Shown: positions 29,732 through 39,667, counted from the stretch's first letter. The stretch: 64,000 bases of DNA from Fibrobacter succinogenes (GCA_902762305.1 CACWNW010000031.1:19047-83046), one strand, 5' to 3'. The notes: generated by a model from the sequence alone, not told the origin. Made by a program: numbers and translations.

Positions 29732-31438
29732 CTAGTTCTCCTTTACGGCGCTGGCCGCGTTGTCGGTTTCGTCGGAATTGCCGAGAGGCATCTTCTTGAT
29801 GTCCTTGCTGCGCCCCTTCTCGGCGGGGCCGCCCTTGCGCCAGGCGTAGGCGATGGCGACGTTCAGGAGGATAAAGAGCAGAAGCAGGAACCCGCGGAAA
29901 GCCCAGGTGAAGCCGACTTTCGGGAAGGTATGCCCGAGGAATTCGACGGTTGCGGTCGGGTCCACGTTGCTGAGCGTGATGAACGGAAGGCCGTCTGTCG
30001 CCGTGAACGAGACGAGCAGCACGATCAGGTAAATCGGGCATACGTACATGATGATGGGGCGCAAGAAGCGCGGAAGCTTGATCTGCGCGCCGTCGTTCAT
30101 CGTGGCGAATGCTTCGTTTTCGCCCGGTTCGATATCTACTTCGGCCGGGAGGTCGCCATTGGCCTGCGCTTCCTTAGCCTTGCGGCGCCCGAGCACGAGG
30201 CTGAATAGGACTGCCTGGATCATGCCGACAAACACGATGAGGTACGTACCGCCCCAGAAGTCAAGTTCGTCGACCGTGCCCGCGGCAAGGCCGAAGATGG
30301 CGGTGAGGCTACCGATGAACGTGATGGTGCTGACCGTGGTCACCGACTTTTTACGCGTGAACTTGAGGTCGTCTTCGCAGAAACTGATGAGCGGCTGGAT
30401 GATGGAAATTGCGCTTGTGATGCCCGCGAAGAACAGCATGGCGAACCAGACTGTCTGTAGGAACCCGCCGAGCGGGAGCGTGCCGAACACGTAGGGCATC
30501 GTCTGGAACCCGAGCCCGAAGGTGCCGAGCTTCGCGCATTCCTCGATGTTTGCGCCCGCGATGAGCACCGCCATCGGGATGACGACCGTACCGCCGATAA
30601 TCACTTCGGCAAAGCCGTTTGTGGCGCTAGCCGTGAGCGAAGAAAGTACGAGGTCTTCCTTGGGCTTGAGGTAGCTTGCGTAGCAGAAGATGATGGCCAT
30701 GCCGAGGCTCATGGTGAAGAACACCTGGCCGGCCGCCGCCATCCATACCTTGGGGCTTGCAAGTTCGGAGAGGTCGGGGTTCCACATGAATGCGAGACCC
30801 TTGCCGATGCCCGGGAGCGTAAGCACGCGTACCACCAGCACGAGGCCCAAAATCAAGAGGATGGGCATGCAAATCTTGTTCGCGCGTTCGATGCCCTTGC
30901 GCACGCCGAACGAAAGTACGACCATGTTCGCGGCGAAGGTCACGAGGAAGAAGATGATCGCCACGGGGATGCCGCCGACGCAGGTCTTGAGCATGATGTA
31001 GTTGCCGAAGAACTCCGTCATTTTTTCGGGGCCCTGCGCAACGACTTCCATCAGCGTGCCGGTAGCCGAATAGAAGGCGAATGCGAGAATCCACGACTGG
31101 ATGAATCCGTAGTAGAAGATGATGAAGATGGGCGGCAAAAGCCCGAGGGAGCCGAGGTACTTTGCCCAGGGTTTCTTCTTGTGGAAGATGACGTGGTAGG
31201 TGCTCGGGGAGGTGCCGTAGTTGTGGTAGCCGGCGTAGCGCCCGAGGGTCCATTCTATCCACGCGAGGGGAATCCCGAGGAAAACGAATGCGATGAGGTA
31301 GGGAATGATGAATGCGCCGCCGCCATTTGTTGCCGCCTGGACAGGGAAGCGCAAAAAGTTGCCGAGACCGACCGCCGAACCAGCGACAGCCAGGATGACT
31401 CCTATTTTGGAGCCCCAGTTTTCACGATTTTTTTCCAT
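29732..31438 (-). CDS. Sodium-dependent transporter, NSS (SNF) family
   Basis: MEKNRENWGSKIGVILAVAGSAVGLGNFLRFPVQAATNGGGAFIIPY is the canonical NSS N-terminus. 568 aa, polytopic. Confidence 0.9.
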   Translation of the reverse strand: MEKNRENWGSKIGVILAVAGSAVGLGNFLRFPVQAATNGGGAFIIPYLIAFVFLGIPLAWIEWTLGRYAGYHNYGTSPSTYHVIFHKKKPWAKYLGSLGLLPPIFIIFYYGFIQSWILAFAFYSATGTLMEVVAQGPEKMTEFFGNYIMLKTCVGGIPVAIIFFLVTFAANMVVLSFGVRKGIERANKICMPILLILGLVLVVRVLTLPGIGKGLAFMWNPDLSELASPKVWMAAAGQVFFTMSLGMAIIFCYASYLKPKEDLVLSSLTASATNGFAEVIIGGTVVIPMAVLIAGANIEECAKLGTFGLGFQTMPYVFGTLPLGGFLQTVWFAMLFFAGITSAISIIQPLISFCEDDLKFTRKKSVTTVSTITFIGSLTAIFGLAAGTVDELDFWGGTYLIVFVGMIQAVLFSLVLGRRKAKEAQANGDLPAEVDIEPGENEAFATMNDGAQIKLPRFLRPIIMYVCPIYLIVLLVSFTATDGLPFITLSNVDPTATVEFLGHTFPKVGFTWAFRGFLLLLFILLNVAIAYAWRKGGPAEKGRSKDIKKMPLGNSDETDNAASAVKEN

Positions 31439-31515
31439 GCCATAAATTTATGACATTCTATATGGCTTGGCAACCAGGGGATTGTTATTACAGGCTATTA
31501 ACGCCCGTTTATGGG

Positions 31516-32868
31516 CTAGCGGAGGCGGATTTTCTTTTGTCCGTAAATGCACTGGCTGCCGTTGCACAGGTAGGCGATAGTACAGGCGATAAAGAAAGCC
31601 GGCAGGGTATCGAACCCGAACATTTCGGCCCCGATGAAGATGGGGGCGAAAAGCGTGTTCGTGGCAGCGCCGAAGACGGCGGCATACCCGAGGGCTGCGG
31701 CAAGCGGGAGGGGGACCCCTACGATGGTCGCAACTACTGCGCCGAGCGTTGCCCCGATGGTGAACAGCGGGGTGACTTCGCCGCCCTGGAACCCGACCGA
31801 GAGCGTGACAATCGTAAGCACGAGTTTAAAGAGCCAGTCGTAGGCATAGATGCCTGCATCGCCAGCGGTAAGCGCTGCCGGGTTGGCAAAGCACATGTCG
31901 ACCAGGTTCGTGCCGAGGCCGGAATAGCGGCCCTGCCAAAGCAGGAGCATGAACACGCTGAGCACGGCTCCCATGATGGCGACGCGCTTGAGGGGGTTCG
32001 GGAACTTTTCGGCGAAGAATTTTCTGGATAGCGAGAGGAGTTTCGCGAACCCGCCACCGACAATTCCGAAAATAAGCCCGAGGGCCGCGAGTTTTAGGAT
32101 AAAGTAAACGTTTAGACCGGATTCACTGTACAAAAGGCTCGCGAGATTCCAGTCCGGCGAGAAGCTGTTCAGGTTGAGCGTGAAGCGCGAAATCCCGAGC
32201 ATTTCCGAAACCTTGTATGCCGTGATGGCGGCAACGGTGGCGGGGAGCAGGGCCGTAAGGGCCAGGTGACCCGCGATAAGGATTTCAAGCGAGATGGCGA
32301 TGGCGGCCATCGGGGTCTGGAACAGGCCCGCGAAGCCCGCGGCCATGCCCGAAATGAGCAAGATGCGCGGTGCGTTTTCTACCGGGATTTTCGAGCTGAT
32401 GTTGTGCCCGAGCGTGCCGCCGATTTGCATCGCGACACCCTCGCGCCCCGAGCTCCCGCCGAACAGGTGGGTAATCCAGGTGGCCGCCATGATGAGCGGA
32501 ATCAAGCGCAGGGGAATCTCACGTTCCTTGCCGTGCGCGGCATCGAACACGAGTCCCATGCCGCGTTCCGTGCCCTTGCCGACCTTCTTGTACGTGAATA
32601 CAATCACGACACCCGCCAGCGCCAAGGCCGGAATCCAGTACACCGGATGCATGTCGCGGATGTCGTTCACCCGCTGGAGCACCTGCCCGAAGAAGGCGGT
32701 AAGTGCACCGACGATTGCACCGAGGAACAGGGCCGCAACCACAAGTATCGGCTGCGAAAACCAGCGGGCGAGCTTTTCCTTGATTTGTGCCTTGGCCATC
32801 TTCATGGCCTGCTCCTTCATCTCGGGGCTCATGTTCCTGTAAATGTCTTTCCAGCGGTTCCAGTCCAT
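31516..32868 (-). CDS. CLC-family anion channel/antiporter, CLC-F (fluoride)-like motifs
   Basis: GGSSGREGVAMQIGG and GGEVTPLFTIGA replace the canonical GKEGP/GIFAP motifs. As I recall, GREG(T/V) and GGEVTP are features of the fluoride-specific CLC-F clade. Confidence 0.8.
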   Translation of the reverse strand: MDWNRWKDIYRNMSPEMKEQAMKMAKAQIKEKLARWFSQPILVVAALFLGAIVGALTAFFGQVLQRVNDIRDMHPVYWIPALALAGVVIVFTYKKVGKGTERGMGLVFDAAHGKEREIPLRLIPLIMAATWITHLFGGSSGREGVAMQIGGTLGHNISSKIPVENAPRILLISGMAAGFAGLFQTPMAAIAISLEILIAGHLALTALLPATVAAITAYKVSEMLGISRFTLNLNSFSPDWNLASLLYSESGLNVYFILKLAALGLIFGIVGGGFAKLLSLSRKFFAEKFPNPLKRVAIMGAVLSVFMLLLWQGRYSGLGTNLVDMCFANPAALTAGDAGIYAYDWLFKLVLTIVTLSVGFQGGEVTPLFTIGATLGAVVATIVGVPLPLAAALGYAAVFGAATNTLFAPIFIGAEMFGFDTLPAFFIACTIAYLCNGSQCIYGQKKIRLR

Positions 32869-32905
32869 ATCAGGTCCTTTTTTCCGCCGCCAAATTTAGA
32901 AAAAC

Positions 32906-34228
32906 TTACTTGAATTCGCTCGTGATTTGTACCGAGCCGCCACGTCCGTATTGGTCCTTGTAGATGAGGGTCCAATGGATGGGGCCAGTGGGAACTTTTT
33001 TTGAAATGTTGATGAGTCGGCTGGAAAATCTTTTGGGGAGGTCGGGCAGTTCCCAACCATGACAATATCCCGCCATTTCGTATTTGTAATAGGAATGCGA
33101 AATGACCTTGCAACCGTATTCATTCCTGGAAATAGAATATTCGATAGAATCCTTTTCATAGTAAGGGTAATTCGCGAATTTCTTTTCGGTGAATACGTCG
33201 AATATTCCGTTGTTGCAATGTGATCCATGTTCTTTTTCGCAATAACTGACTAACCATTGTATAGTGGCAATTTCATTTGTTATGGAGTCTGCCTTTTCTT
33301 GATCGTAAAGGCAAGTGTAATGTTCCGTTACTTTTTCAACGGGTATAGAATACTCCAAGGCAAGTGGGGAGTAACTAACCGTAGGATTGAGACCGATTCC
33401 GTCATGGTAGAAGATGATTCCCTCGGGAAGACCTTCGGCGTAAAGCCGGTAGTATCCTTCGTAGCGGAAAAGGACTTCGCATCCGTTGGCCGAGAGTGTT
33501 TCTAGATGGCTTTTGGCTTGAGCCTTGTCAAATTCGGGAATGTTGTAGTAAGGAATGTACGACGTGACGGCGCTGTCTCCGAGATTCAAATCGAAGAGAT
33601 ATGTTGTTTCTGTACTTTCGTGGAAGTATCTGCTGTATGCGCTGCTGTCCTTGTTTTGAGCGTTAACTGATATTGTAATTCCTCCATACGGAATACCGAT
33701 GGTGCCGCCGACTTCTTCCATGCACGATGCCTGCTTGCATTTAAAACTGCCGTCCTCATATAAAAGGCATTGTCCGAGAGGGAAAAAGCCCGTGTCGAGT
33801 TTCCCATCTTCTACGGGGTAGAGCAGACGCACGTTTACAGCGCGTGTTTCGTTTGAATCGATAAGCGACCGTAATGGTATTGCAACATCGCTACCGGAAG
33901 AACTCAGGGGTATGCCGGGATCGACCATATCATTATGTTTTTTGCTGGAACTACTGCGCTGAAGAATGTTGCTGGATGATGAGTGCGTGACGGAACTCGA
34001 AAAAGATGAACTTGTAGTAGAACTTGATGAAACTTGATTTGAAGAACTTGATGCGGAAACGGAACTTGAGACTGTTGCCGAAGAATCCTGAATGGAACTT
34101 GACGAATCCGTGGAGGATGAACTTTCTGTGCTTATGTCTTCGAAGAAAACCGTGGAATCAATTAGGCCTTCAGAGCAACTCACAAAAAGGCTTAATGCCG
34201 CAATTAGGTAGAGAACTTTTATTTTCAT
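32906..34228 (-). CDS. Lipoprotein with Ser-rich linker, function unknown
   Basis: Start trimmed to ATG 34228 (MKIKVLYLIAALSLFVSC lipobox). Long poly-Ser/Thr linker, then a Cys-containing globular domain. Confidence 0.6.
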   Translation of the reverse strand: MKIKVLYLIAALSLFVSCSEGLIDSTVFFEDISTESSSSTDSSSSIQDSSATVSSSVSASSSSNQVSSSSTTSSSFSSSVTHSSSSNILQRSSSSKKHNDMVDPGIPLSSSGSDVAIPLRSLIDSNETRAVNVRLLYPVEDGKLDTGFFPLGQCLLYEDGSFKCKQASCMEEVGGTIGIPYGGITISVNAQNKDSSAYSRYFHESTETTYLFDLNLGDSAVTSYIPYYNIPEFDKAQAKSHLETLSANGCEVLFRYEGYYRLYAEGLPEGIIFYHDGIGLNPTVSYSPLALEYSIPVEKVTEHYTCLYDQEKADSITNEIATIQWLVSYCEKEHGSHCNNGIFDVFTEKKFANYPYYEKDSIEYSISRNEYGCKVISHSYYKYEMAGYCHGWELPDLPKRFSSRLINISKKVPTGPIHWTLIYKDQYGRGGSVQITSEFK

Positions 34229-34316
34229 TGTCTTCCCCCAACAAGTTAACAATGAATATATATAAAAAAGAACGGAATAGTACATTCCGTCCTTTAAATG
34301 TCTTGTTTTTATGGGT

Positions 34317-34350
34317 CCTTCGCTCCCTAACGGTCACTCAGGATGACGAT
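34317..34350 (-). repeat. GTCATCCTGAG...CGAAGGAYCC short repeat (copy downstream of acn)
   Basis: The minus strand reads GTCATCCTGAGTGACCGTTAGGGAGCGAAGGACCC. Its partner copy at 36692-36728 is in the opposite orientation. Confidence 0.55.
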
Positions 34351-34368
34351 ATGGCTTGCGCTTTATCG

Positions 34369-36642
34369 TTACTTGTTGTTCGCGCGAATCAGGTTGAGGG
34401 CGGAGCCAGCCTTGAACCATGCCCACTGCTGTTCGTTGTAGGTGTGGCTGAGGGCGATATTATCGACCGAGCCATCCTTGTGATGGGCGACGAGCGTGAA
34501 CTCGGAACCCGGAGCGAACTTGGTGAGGCCAACGATGTCGAACACGTCCTGTTCCTGGATCTTGTCGTAGTCGGCGGCGTTCTTGAAGGTGAGGGCGAGC
34601 ATGCCCTGCTTCTTGAGGTTCGTCTCGTGAATGCGGGCGAAGCTCTTCACGATTACGGCCTTCACGCCGAGGAAGCGCGGTTCCATGGCGGCATGTTCGC
34701 GGCTACTTCCTTCACCGTAGTTTTCGTCACCGATCACGATGGAGCCCGTGCCCTTGGCCTTGTAAATCTTGGCAAGTTCCGGGACTTCCTTGTATTCACC
34801 GCACTGGCAGAGGACCTTGTTCGTTTCGCCGTTGAAAGCGTTCACGGCGCCGATGAGCATGTTGTTCGAAATGTTTTCGAGGTGACCGCGGTAGTTGAGC
34901 CACGGACCGGCCATGGAGATGTGGTCGGTGGTGCACTTGCCCTTGGCCTTGATGAGGAGCGGGGCACCAGTGATGTCCTTGCCGTCCCAAGCCGCGAACG
35001 GAGCGAGAGCCTGAAGGCGCTTGCTTTCGGGGTTGATGGAAACGGTAATCTTGGAACCGTCTTCGGCCGGAGCCTGGTAGCCGGCGTCCTTGACTTCGAA
35101 GCCCTTCGGCGGGAGTTCGCACTGTTCCGGCGGGTCGAGCTTCACGGCCTTGCCCTCATTGTTCACGAGGGTGTCGGTCATCGGGTTGAAGCGGATGTCG
35201 CCGCTGAGTGCTGCAATCACGGCCATGAGCGGGCTAGCCACAAAGGCGTGGGTGTTCGGGTTGCCGTCAGCGCGCTTTGCGAAGTTGCGGTTAAAGCTGT
35301 GGACGATGGTGTTGAGTTCCTTCTTGTCGGCTCCGGCACGGTCCCAGCGGCCAATGCAAGGTCCGCAGGCGTTCGTCATGATGGTGGCACCGAACTGCTT
35401 GAACAAGTCGATGAGGCCGTCGCGTTCGGCGGTGTAGCGCACCTGTTCAGAACCCGGGTTGATGAGGAGCGGGCACTTCGGGGTAAGACCCTTCGCGAGG
35501 GCCTGCTTGATCATGTTGGCGGCCATGAAGAGGTCTTCGTAGCTGGAGTTCGTGCAACTGCCGATGAGGGCGGCGCTTACGACCGGCGTAGATTCCGGCT
35601 TGGTTTCGGTGGCCTTGAGGCTTTCTGCCATGTCGGTCACGGCGTAGGCGCGGTCCGGGCTGAACGGGCCGTTGAAGTGCGGCACGAGCGTGCTCAGGTC
35701 AATTTCCACGACGCGGTCAAAATATTTTTCCGGATTTGCTTCGACTTCGGGGTCGGCCTTGAGGTGTTCTGCAATCTTGTCGGCAGCGGCGGCCACGTCG
35801 GCACGGCCAGTCACCTTGAGGTAGCGGCTCATGGAATCGTCGTAGCTGAAGGTGGAGCAGGTGGCGCCCACTTCGGCACCCATGTTTGCAATTGTTGCCT
35901 TGCCTGTTGCGGAGAGGCTGCGTGCGCCTTCGCCGAAGTATTCGATAATGGCGTTGGTGCCACCCTTAACAGTGAGGATGCCAGCGAGCTTGAGGATGAT
36001 GTCCTTGGCGGTAGCGAAGCCCTGGAGTTTGCCGGTGAGCTTCACGCCGATCATCTTCGGGTACTTGAGTTCCCACGGGAGGCCGACCATGGCGTCCACG
36101 GCGTCTGCACCGCCCACGCCAATCGCGAGCATGCCGAGGCCGCCAGCGTTCACGGTGTGGGAGTCGGTACCAATCATCATTCCGCCCGGGAAGGCGTAGT
36201 TTTCGAGCACCACCTGGTGGATGATGCCTGCACCCGGGAGCCAGCAGTCAATGCCGTACTTGGCAGAGACAGACTGCAAGAAGTCGTACACTTCCTTGCT
36301 TTCTTCCTTCGCGCGGGGGAGGTCCTTTTCGACACCTTCGCGGGCGATAATCAAGTGATCGCAGTGCACGGAACTAGGCACTGCCACGCGGGCCTTACCG
36401 GCGGTGGTGAACTGCAAAAGGGCCATCTGGGCGGTGGCGTCCTGCATGGCCACGCGGTCGGGGTGGAATTCGGCAAAATCCTTGCCGCGTTCGTAGGTCC
36501 TGTTCTCGGCGCCATCGATCAGGTGGCTGTAGATAATCTTTTCGGCGAGGGTGAGCGGACGGCCCAGCTGCTTGCGTGCAGCTTCAACGCGGGCAGGAAT
36601 GCGGGCATAGACGCCCTGGATCATGTCGAAATTGAAAAGCAT
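34369..36642 (-). CDS. acnA: Aconitate hydratase (757 aa, monomeric mitochondrial-type)
   Basis: IGTDSHT, the Cys ligands (GSCTNSS; NACGPCIG) and a swivel domain with [17 protein letters not shown]. The plus-strand 874-aa ORF 34024-36648 is a shadow. Confidence 0.95.
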   Translation of the reverse strand: MLFNFDMIQGVYARIPARVEAARKQLGRPLTLAEKIIYSHLIDGAENRTYERGKDFAEFHPDRVAMQDATAQMALLQFTTAGKARVAVPSSVHCDHLIIAREGVEKDLPRAKEESKEVYDFLQSVSAKYGIDCWLPGAGIIHQVVLENYAFPGGMMIGTDSHTVNAGGLGMLAIGVGGADAVDAMVGLPWELKYPKMIGVKLTGKLQGFATAKDIILKLAGILTVKGGTNAIIEYFGEGARSLSATGKATIANMGAEVGATCSTFSYDDSMSRYLKVTGRADVAAAADKIAEHLKADPEVEANPEKYFDRVVEIDLSTLVPHFNGPFSPDRAYAVTDMAESLKATETKPESTPVVSAALIGSCTNSSYEDLFMAANMIKQALAKGLTPKCPLLINPGSEQVRYTAERDGLIDLFKQFGATIMTNACGPCIGRWDRAGADKKELNTIVHSFNRNFAKRADGNPNTHAFVASPLMAVIAALSGDIRFNPMTDTLVNNEGKAVKLDPPEQCELPPKGFEVKDAGYQAPAEDGSKITVSINPESKRLQALAPFAAWDGKDITGAPLLIKAKGKCTTDHISMAGPWLNYRGHLENISNNMLIGAVNAFNGETNKVLCQCGEYKEVPELAKIYKAKGTGSIVIGDENYGEGSSREHAAMEPRFLGVKAVIVKSFARIHETNLKKQGMLALTFKNAADYDKIQEQDVFDIVGLTKFAPGSEFTLVAHHKDGSVDNIALSHTYNEQQWAWFKAGSALNLIRANNK

Positions 36643-36644
36643 TT

Positions 36645-36672
36645 TTAGGTCTTAGGTCTTAGGTTTTAGGTT
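36645..36672. repeat. 4 x 7-bp tandem repeat directly upstream of the acn start codon
   Basis: TTAGGTC TTAGGTC TTAGGTT TTAGGTT, located 3 nt from the ATG at 36642 (minus strand). Confidence 0.8.
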
Positions 36673-36691
36673 GTCGGATCGTTCTTAAGGT

Positions 36692-36728
36692 GTCATCCTG
36701 AGCGGAGTGAAACGGAGTCGAAGGATCC
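36692..36728 (+). repeat. GTCATCCTGAG...CGAAGGATCC short repeat (copy upstream of acn)
   Basis: GTCATCCTGAGCGGAGTGAAACGGAGTCGAAGGATCC shares both termini with the copy at 34317-34350. Confidence 0.55.
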
Positions 36729-36935
36729 AGTTAATTGTTTCGCGCGTAAAGATAGAAAAAATGGCTCCGTTTAGTCGAGGGCCCTACGCCGGAAAAGCCA
36801 ACGAACGGCCTTCGAGAATTGCCTGCGGTTTTCCTGTGAGCCCAAAGCGGCCCGTATCAACGGGCCGTGTGGGCGAGAGCGAGCGCATGCCGGAGTAATT
36901 TAATACCGAAACTTAGCGCGAGCGGTTTTGTAACT

Positions 36936-36979
36936 CTCACCTCCATAAAAAAAGACCCACATGAAGTGGGTCTTTTTTA
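36936..36979 (-). terminator. tmRNA terminator, part of a longer ~25-bp-arm palindrome
   Basis: The minus strand reads GACCCAC-TTCAT-GTGGGTC followed by TTTTTTT. The palindrome extends outward so that the trailer (ATGGAGGTGAG) is complementary to the tmRNA 3' acceptor strand. Confidence 0.65.
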
Positions 36980-37437
36980 TGGAGGTGAGGGGAGTCGAAC
37001 CCCTGTCCAAAATCACGTCCATGTCCATTCCTACAAGCTTTCCCTTCGCATTTAAGGTCTCGCCTTGTCCACGCCCAAGAAGGTCGGCGCAGATTTCAGC
37101 CAGCCTAGTGAATCTCGGACTCTAGCCCCAGGCATGCGAGAATCCTATCCCATATTTCGTCCGGACGTTCATCCCGATGGGAGCGGAACGAGGCCCGGCG
37201 TTGCCGCTAATTAGGCAGCGAGTGCGTAGTTTTCGTCAGCACTTATTTTTTTTCAGACTTTTTTACGAGTGCCCTCGTCTGAGACCTCGGCTTGCAACTA
37301 ACACTTCTCTGGTTGAGATCTGTCGACTAAATGCGAGCAGGCGAGCATTTAGGCCCTTGAGCACACAATGTGTGCGAAAGGCCCAAAGGGCAAAATCTCT
37401 GCGAGTAGCAGGGATTTTGGCAAACCAGAGCACCCCC
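36980..37437 (-). ncRNA. ssrA: tmRNA (SsrA)
   Basis: Minus strand: 5' GGGGGTGCTCTGGTTT..., 3' ...AGGGGTTCGACTCCCCTCACCTCCA (T-arm plus acceptor). The acceptor stem GGGGGTG/CACCTCC contains a G3:U pair. The internal tag ORF GCT GAC GAA AAC TAC GCA CTC GCT GCC TAA encodes ADENYALAA*. Ends are approximate and CCA is not encoded. Confidence 0.85.
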
Positions 37438-37554
37438 GAATGTTTAACCCCGAGTATCCCCGGAGCATTGCTCAAATATAGAAATTTATCGCCCCAAAGG
37501 GAAGATTTGTCTGGTTTTTGTCTTTTTTGTCCTCCAAAAAGTCCGAAAGTTAGA

Positions 37555-37782
37555 AAAATGGGGATTAAAAGCCTTCAAAATCTCCTCTTCATCCCCATTT
37601 TTACATATAAACTAATGAAAAATGCACGGCCAAGCATGATTTTCTAAAGAATTTGGGGATTGATTTCCTCGGAAAAGGCTTTTTTATCCCCACTGTTGCG
37701 CGCATTTCCTTCAAAATGGTTTGAACAAATTAACAAAATGGGGATTGAACATCCCTCAATTCGTACCTTTAGTCCCCATTTT
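37555..37782. repeat. Three imperfect inverted-repeat units (AAAATGGGGAT...N25...ATCCCCATTTT)
   Basis: Units lie at 37555-37601, 37651-37695 and 37735-37782, spaced about 85-95 bp, in the tmRNA-GH5 intergenic region. Confidence 0.5.
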
Positions 37783-37931
37783 CACCCTTTTTTGCATTTT
37801 TACTTCGCCCCGCCAAGCATTTCCCCCTTTTTTAGACCAATTTTTCAGCTCTCGACCGCGGCCCTTTTATATATTGCAGCCCATTTATATATATTTATAT
37901 GCGAAAAACAAGATTTTTGGAGTTTTTAGGC

Positions 37932-39554
37932 ATGAACATAGCCACCGCCAAACCAGGTTTCTTTGTGCAGGACCGTTTCCTCTACAGCAAGGACAACGAG
38001 AAGGTCATCCTGCGCGGCATAAACCACATGTTCATCTGGACCGACCGCGAAGGCAAAACGATTCCCGAAATGGCCAAGACCGGCGCGAACTGCGTCCGCA
38101 TCGTCTGGAACACCCGCGGGCGCATCAGCGATCTTGATTCCATCGTCGCCCAGAGCATCAGCAACGGGATGATTCCCATCGTCGAACTGCACGACACCAC
38201 CGGCAACTGGGACAAGCTGCCCGAAGTGGTCGATTTCTGGCTGCGCGACGAAATGCTCCAGATGATCAACAACCACCAGGAATACCTCATCCTCAACGTG
38301 GGCAACGAACCCGGTTCGCATGAGATTGACCCGGGCGAGTTCTTCGATACGTACAATGTGATTGTCACCAGGATGCGCGCCGCGGGGATTCGCGTGCCCA
38401 TCATGATCGACGCCGACAACTGGGGCCAGAACGAGAAGAACCTGCTCGCTGTCGGCCCGAGGCTCCTGCAGGCGGACCCGGAACACAACCTGCTGTTTTC
38501 CATCCACATGTGGTGGCCCAGCGAACGTCACAACGCGAAGTCGACCGGCTTCGAGACCGTCCAGGAACGCGTCACCGCCTGCCTCGAGGAATCCATCAAG
38601 GCGAATATTCCGCTTGTCGTGGGTGAATTCGCTCCGATGGCCGTCGCCGGAGTGCGCGAAATCCCGTACCGCCACATCATGAGCGAGTGCGAGCGCCTGA
38701 ACATCGGGTGGCTCTGCTGGAGCTGGGGCCCGGGCAACTCCGACTGCCCCGAAATGGACATGACGGAGCACGGCTCGTACAACACGCTTGTCGGCTGGGG
38801 CAAGGAAGTCGCTGTCGACAGCCCGCTTGGCATCCAGAACACGAGCGTCATCCCGAATTTCATCCAGAACAAGGATTTCACGACCGGCTCCCAGGGGGGC
38901 GGCGCGAACATCATCGAAAACGGCGATTTCTCCGCCGAGAACCCGCTCGACGGCTGGACTACCGACTTCTGGGGCGGCAAGGCCGAAGTCGTCGCGCACG
39001 ACGGCGCCATACGCTTCGACATCAAGCAGGCGGGCAAGGAGACCTGGGGCCTGCAGTTCAAGCAGCACCTGGTGCTCCGCAACGGCATCACCTACATCTT
39101 CAGCATGCGCGCGAAGGCCGACAAGCCCCGCACGCTCAACGTGAATATCAAGCGTGATTCCGAGGAATACACCCCGTACGCGAACGGGCGTATCCTCGAC
39201 CTGAGTACGAGCTGGCAGAACTTCAGCTGGAAATTCACCATGAAGGAGGACACCGACTCCGACGCGCTGCTCATCTTCGACATGGGCGGGAGCCCGATTT
39301 CGTGGACGCTTGCCGATATCAGCCTCGTGCAGGCCCGTAGCATCGCCGACCGCCTCAACCGTACCTTCCAGCGCAACGTGCAGAAGAACTCCGGCTACTT
39401 CAACGCGCCCAACGGCCCGTGGGAGCTGCACCTGTACAACGTGAAGGGCGAACTCGAAGAGGTGCTCGACCGTGGCAAGGGCGGGGAAGGCATGCGTAGC
39501 TACCCGAAAATCGAGAAGGGCGGCATCATGGTCGTCAAGGACGTCGCGGGGTAG
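37932..39554 (+). CDS. Glycoside hydrolase family 5 (mannanase/glucanase-like) with C-terminal carbohydrate-binding module
   Basis: LRGINHMFIW, VELHDTTGNW, LNVGNEPG (acid/base Glu) and VVGEFAP (nucleophile Glu). The C-terminal IENGDFSAENPLDGWTTDFWGGKAEV... looks CBM4/9/22-like. An alternative ATG lies at 37899. No obvious signal peptide. Confidence 0.8.
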   Translation: MNIATAKPGFFVQDRFLYSKDNEKVILRGINHMFIWTDREGKTIPEMAKTGANCVRIVWNTRGRISDLDSIVAQSISNGMIPIVELHDTTGNWDKLPEVVDFWLRDEMLQMINNHQEYLILNVGNEPGSHEIDPGEFFDTYNVIVTRMRAAGIRVPIMIDADNWGQNEKNLLAVGPRLLQADPEHNLLFSIHMWWPSERHNAKSTGFETVQERVTACLEESIKANIPLVVGEFAPMAVAGVREIPYRHIMSECERLNIGWLCWSWGPGNSDCPEMDMTEHGSYNTLVGWGKEVAVDSPLGIQNTSVIPNFIQNKDFTTGSQGGGANIIENGDFSAENPLDGWTTDFWGGKAEVVAHDGAIRFDIKQAGKETWGLQFKQHLVLRNGITYIFSMRAKADKPRTLNVNIKRDSEEYTPYANGRILDLSTSWQNFSWKFTMKEDTDSDALLIFDMGGSPISWTLADISLVQARSIADRLNRTFQRNVQKNSGYFNAPNGPWELHLYNVKGELEEVLDRGKGGEGMRSYPKIEKGGIMVVKDVAG

Positions 39555-39636
39555 GTTGCCCGCGCATTCCTTATATAGCGCACTCAGTATATAGCGCTTT
39601 CACTATATAGTTGTATCATAGCGTATTGTATCATGG

Positions 39637-39667
39637 CGGCGGATGGCTAAAATCCGCCGTTTTTTTT
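39637..39667 (+). terminator. Rho-independent terminator after the GH5 gene
   Basis: CGGCGGAT-GGCTAAA-ATCCGCCG followed by TTTTTTTT. Confidence 0.65.

Noticed and set aside
34024-36648. 874-aa plus-strand ORF opposite aconitase
   Set aside because: Shadow ORF of the GC-rich acn gene, with a Gly/Ala/Val/His-rich translation and no motifs.
36900-37000. Genomic island integrated at the tmRNA 3' end
   Set aside because: I looked for a direct repeat of the tmRNA 3' end nearby. Only an inverted copy, which forms the terminator palindrome, is present, and the flanking genes (aconitase) are core-like.
36981-37060. tRNA-like T-arm/acceptor sequence (GGGGTTCGACTCCCC)
   Set aside because: It is not a stand-alone tRNA. 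It is the 3' tRNA-like domain of the tmRNA, whose 5' acceptor strand and ADENYALAA tag ORF lie about 250-450 nt away on the same strand.
36707-37647. Small plus-strand ORFs 36707-36898, 36867-37055 and 37177-37647
   Set aside because: They overlap the tmRNA gene or repeat-rich spacer. There is no coding signature or motif.
37555-37782. Possible CRISPR array
   Set aside because: There are only three units. The repeats are imperfect inverted pairs, not identical direct repeats, and the spacing is irregular.
37926-39431. 501-aa minus-strand ORF opposite the GH5 gene
   Set aside because: Shadow ORF. The GH5 catalytic motifs are on the plus strand.
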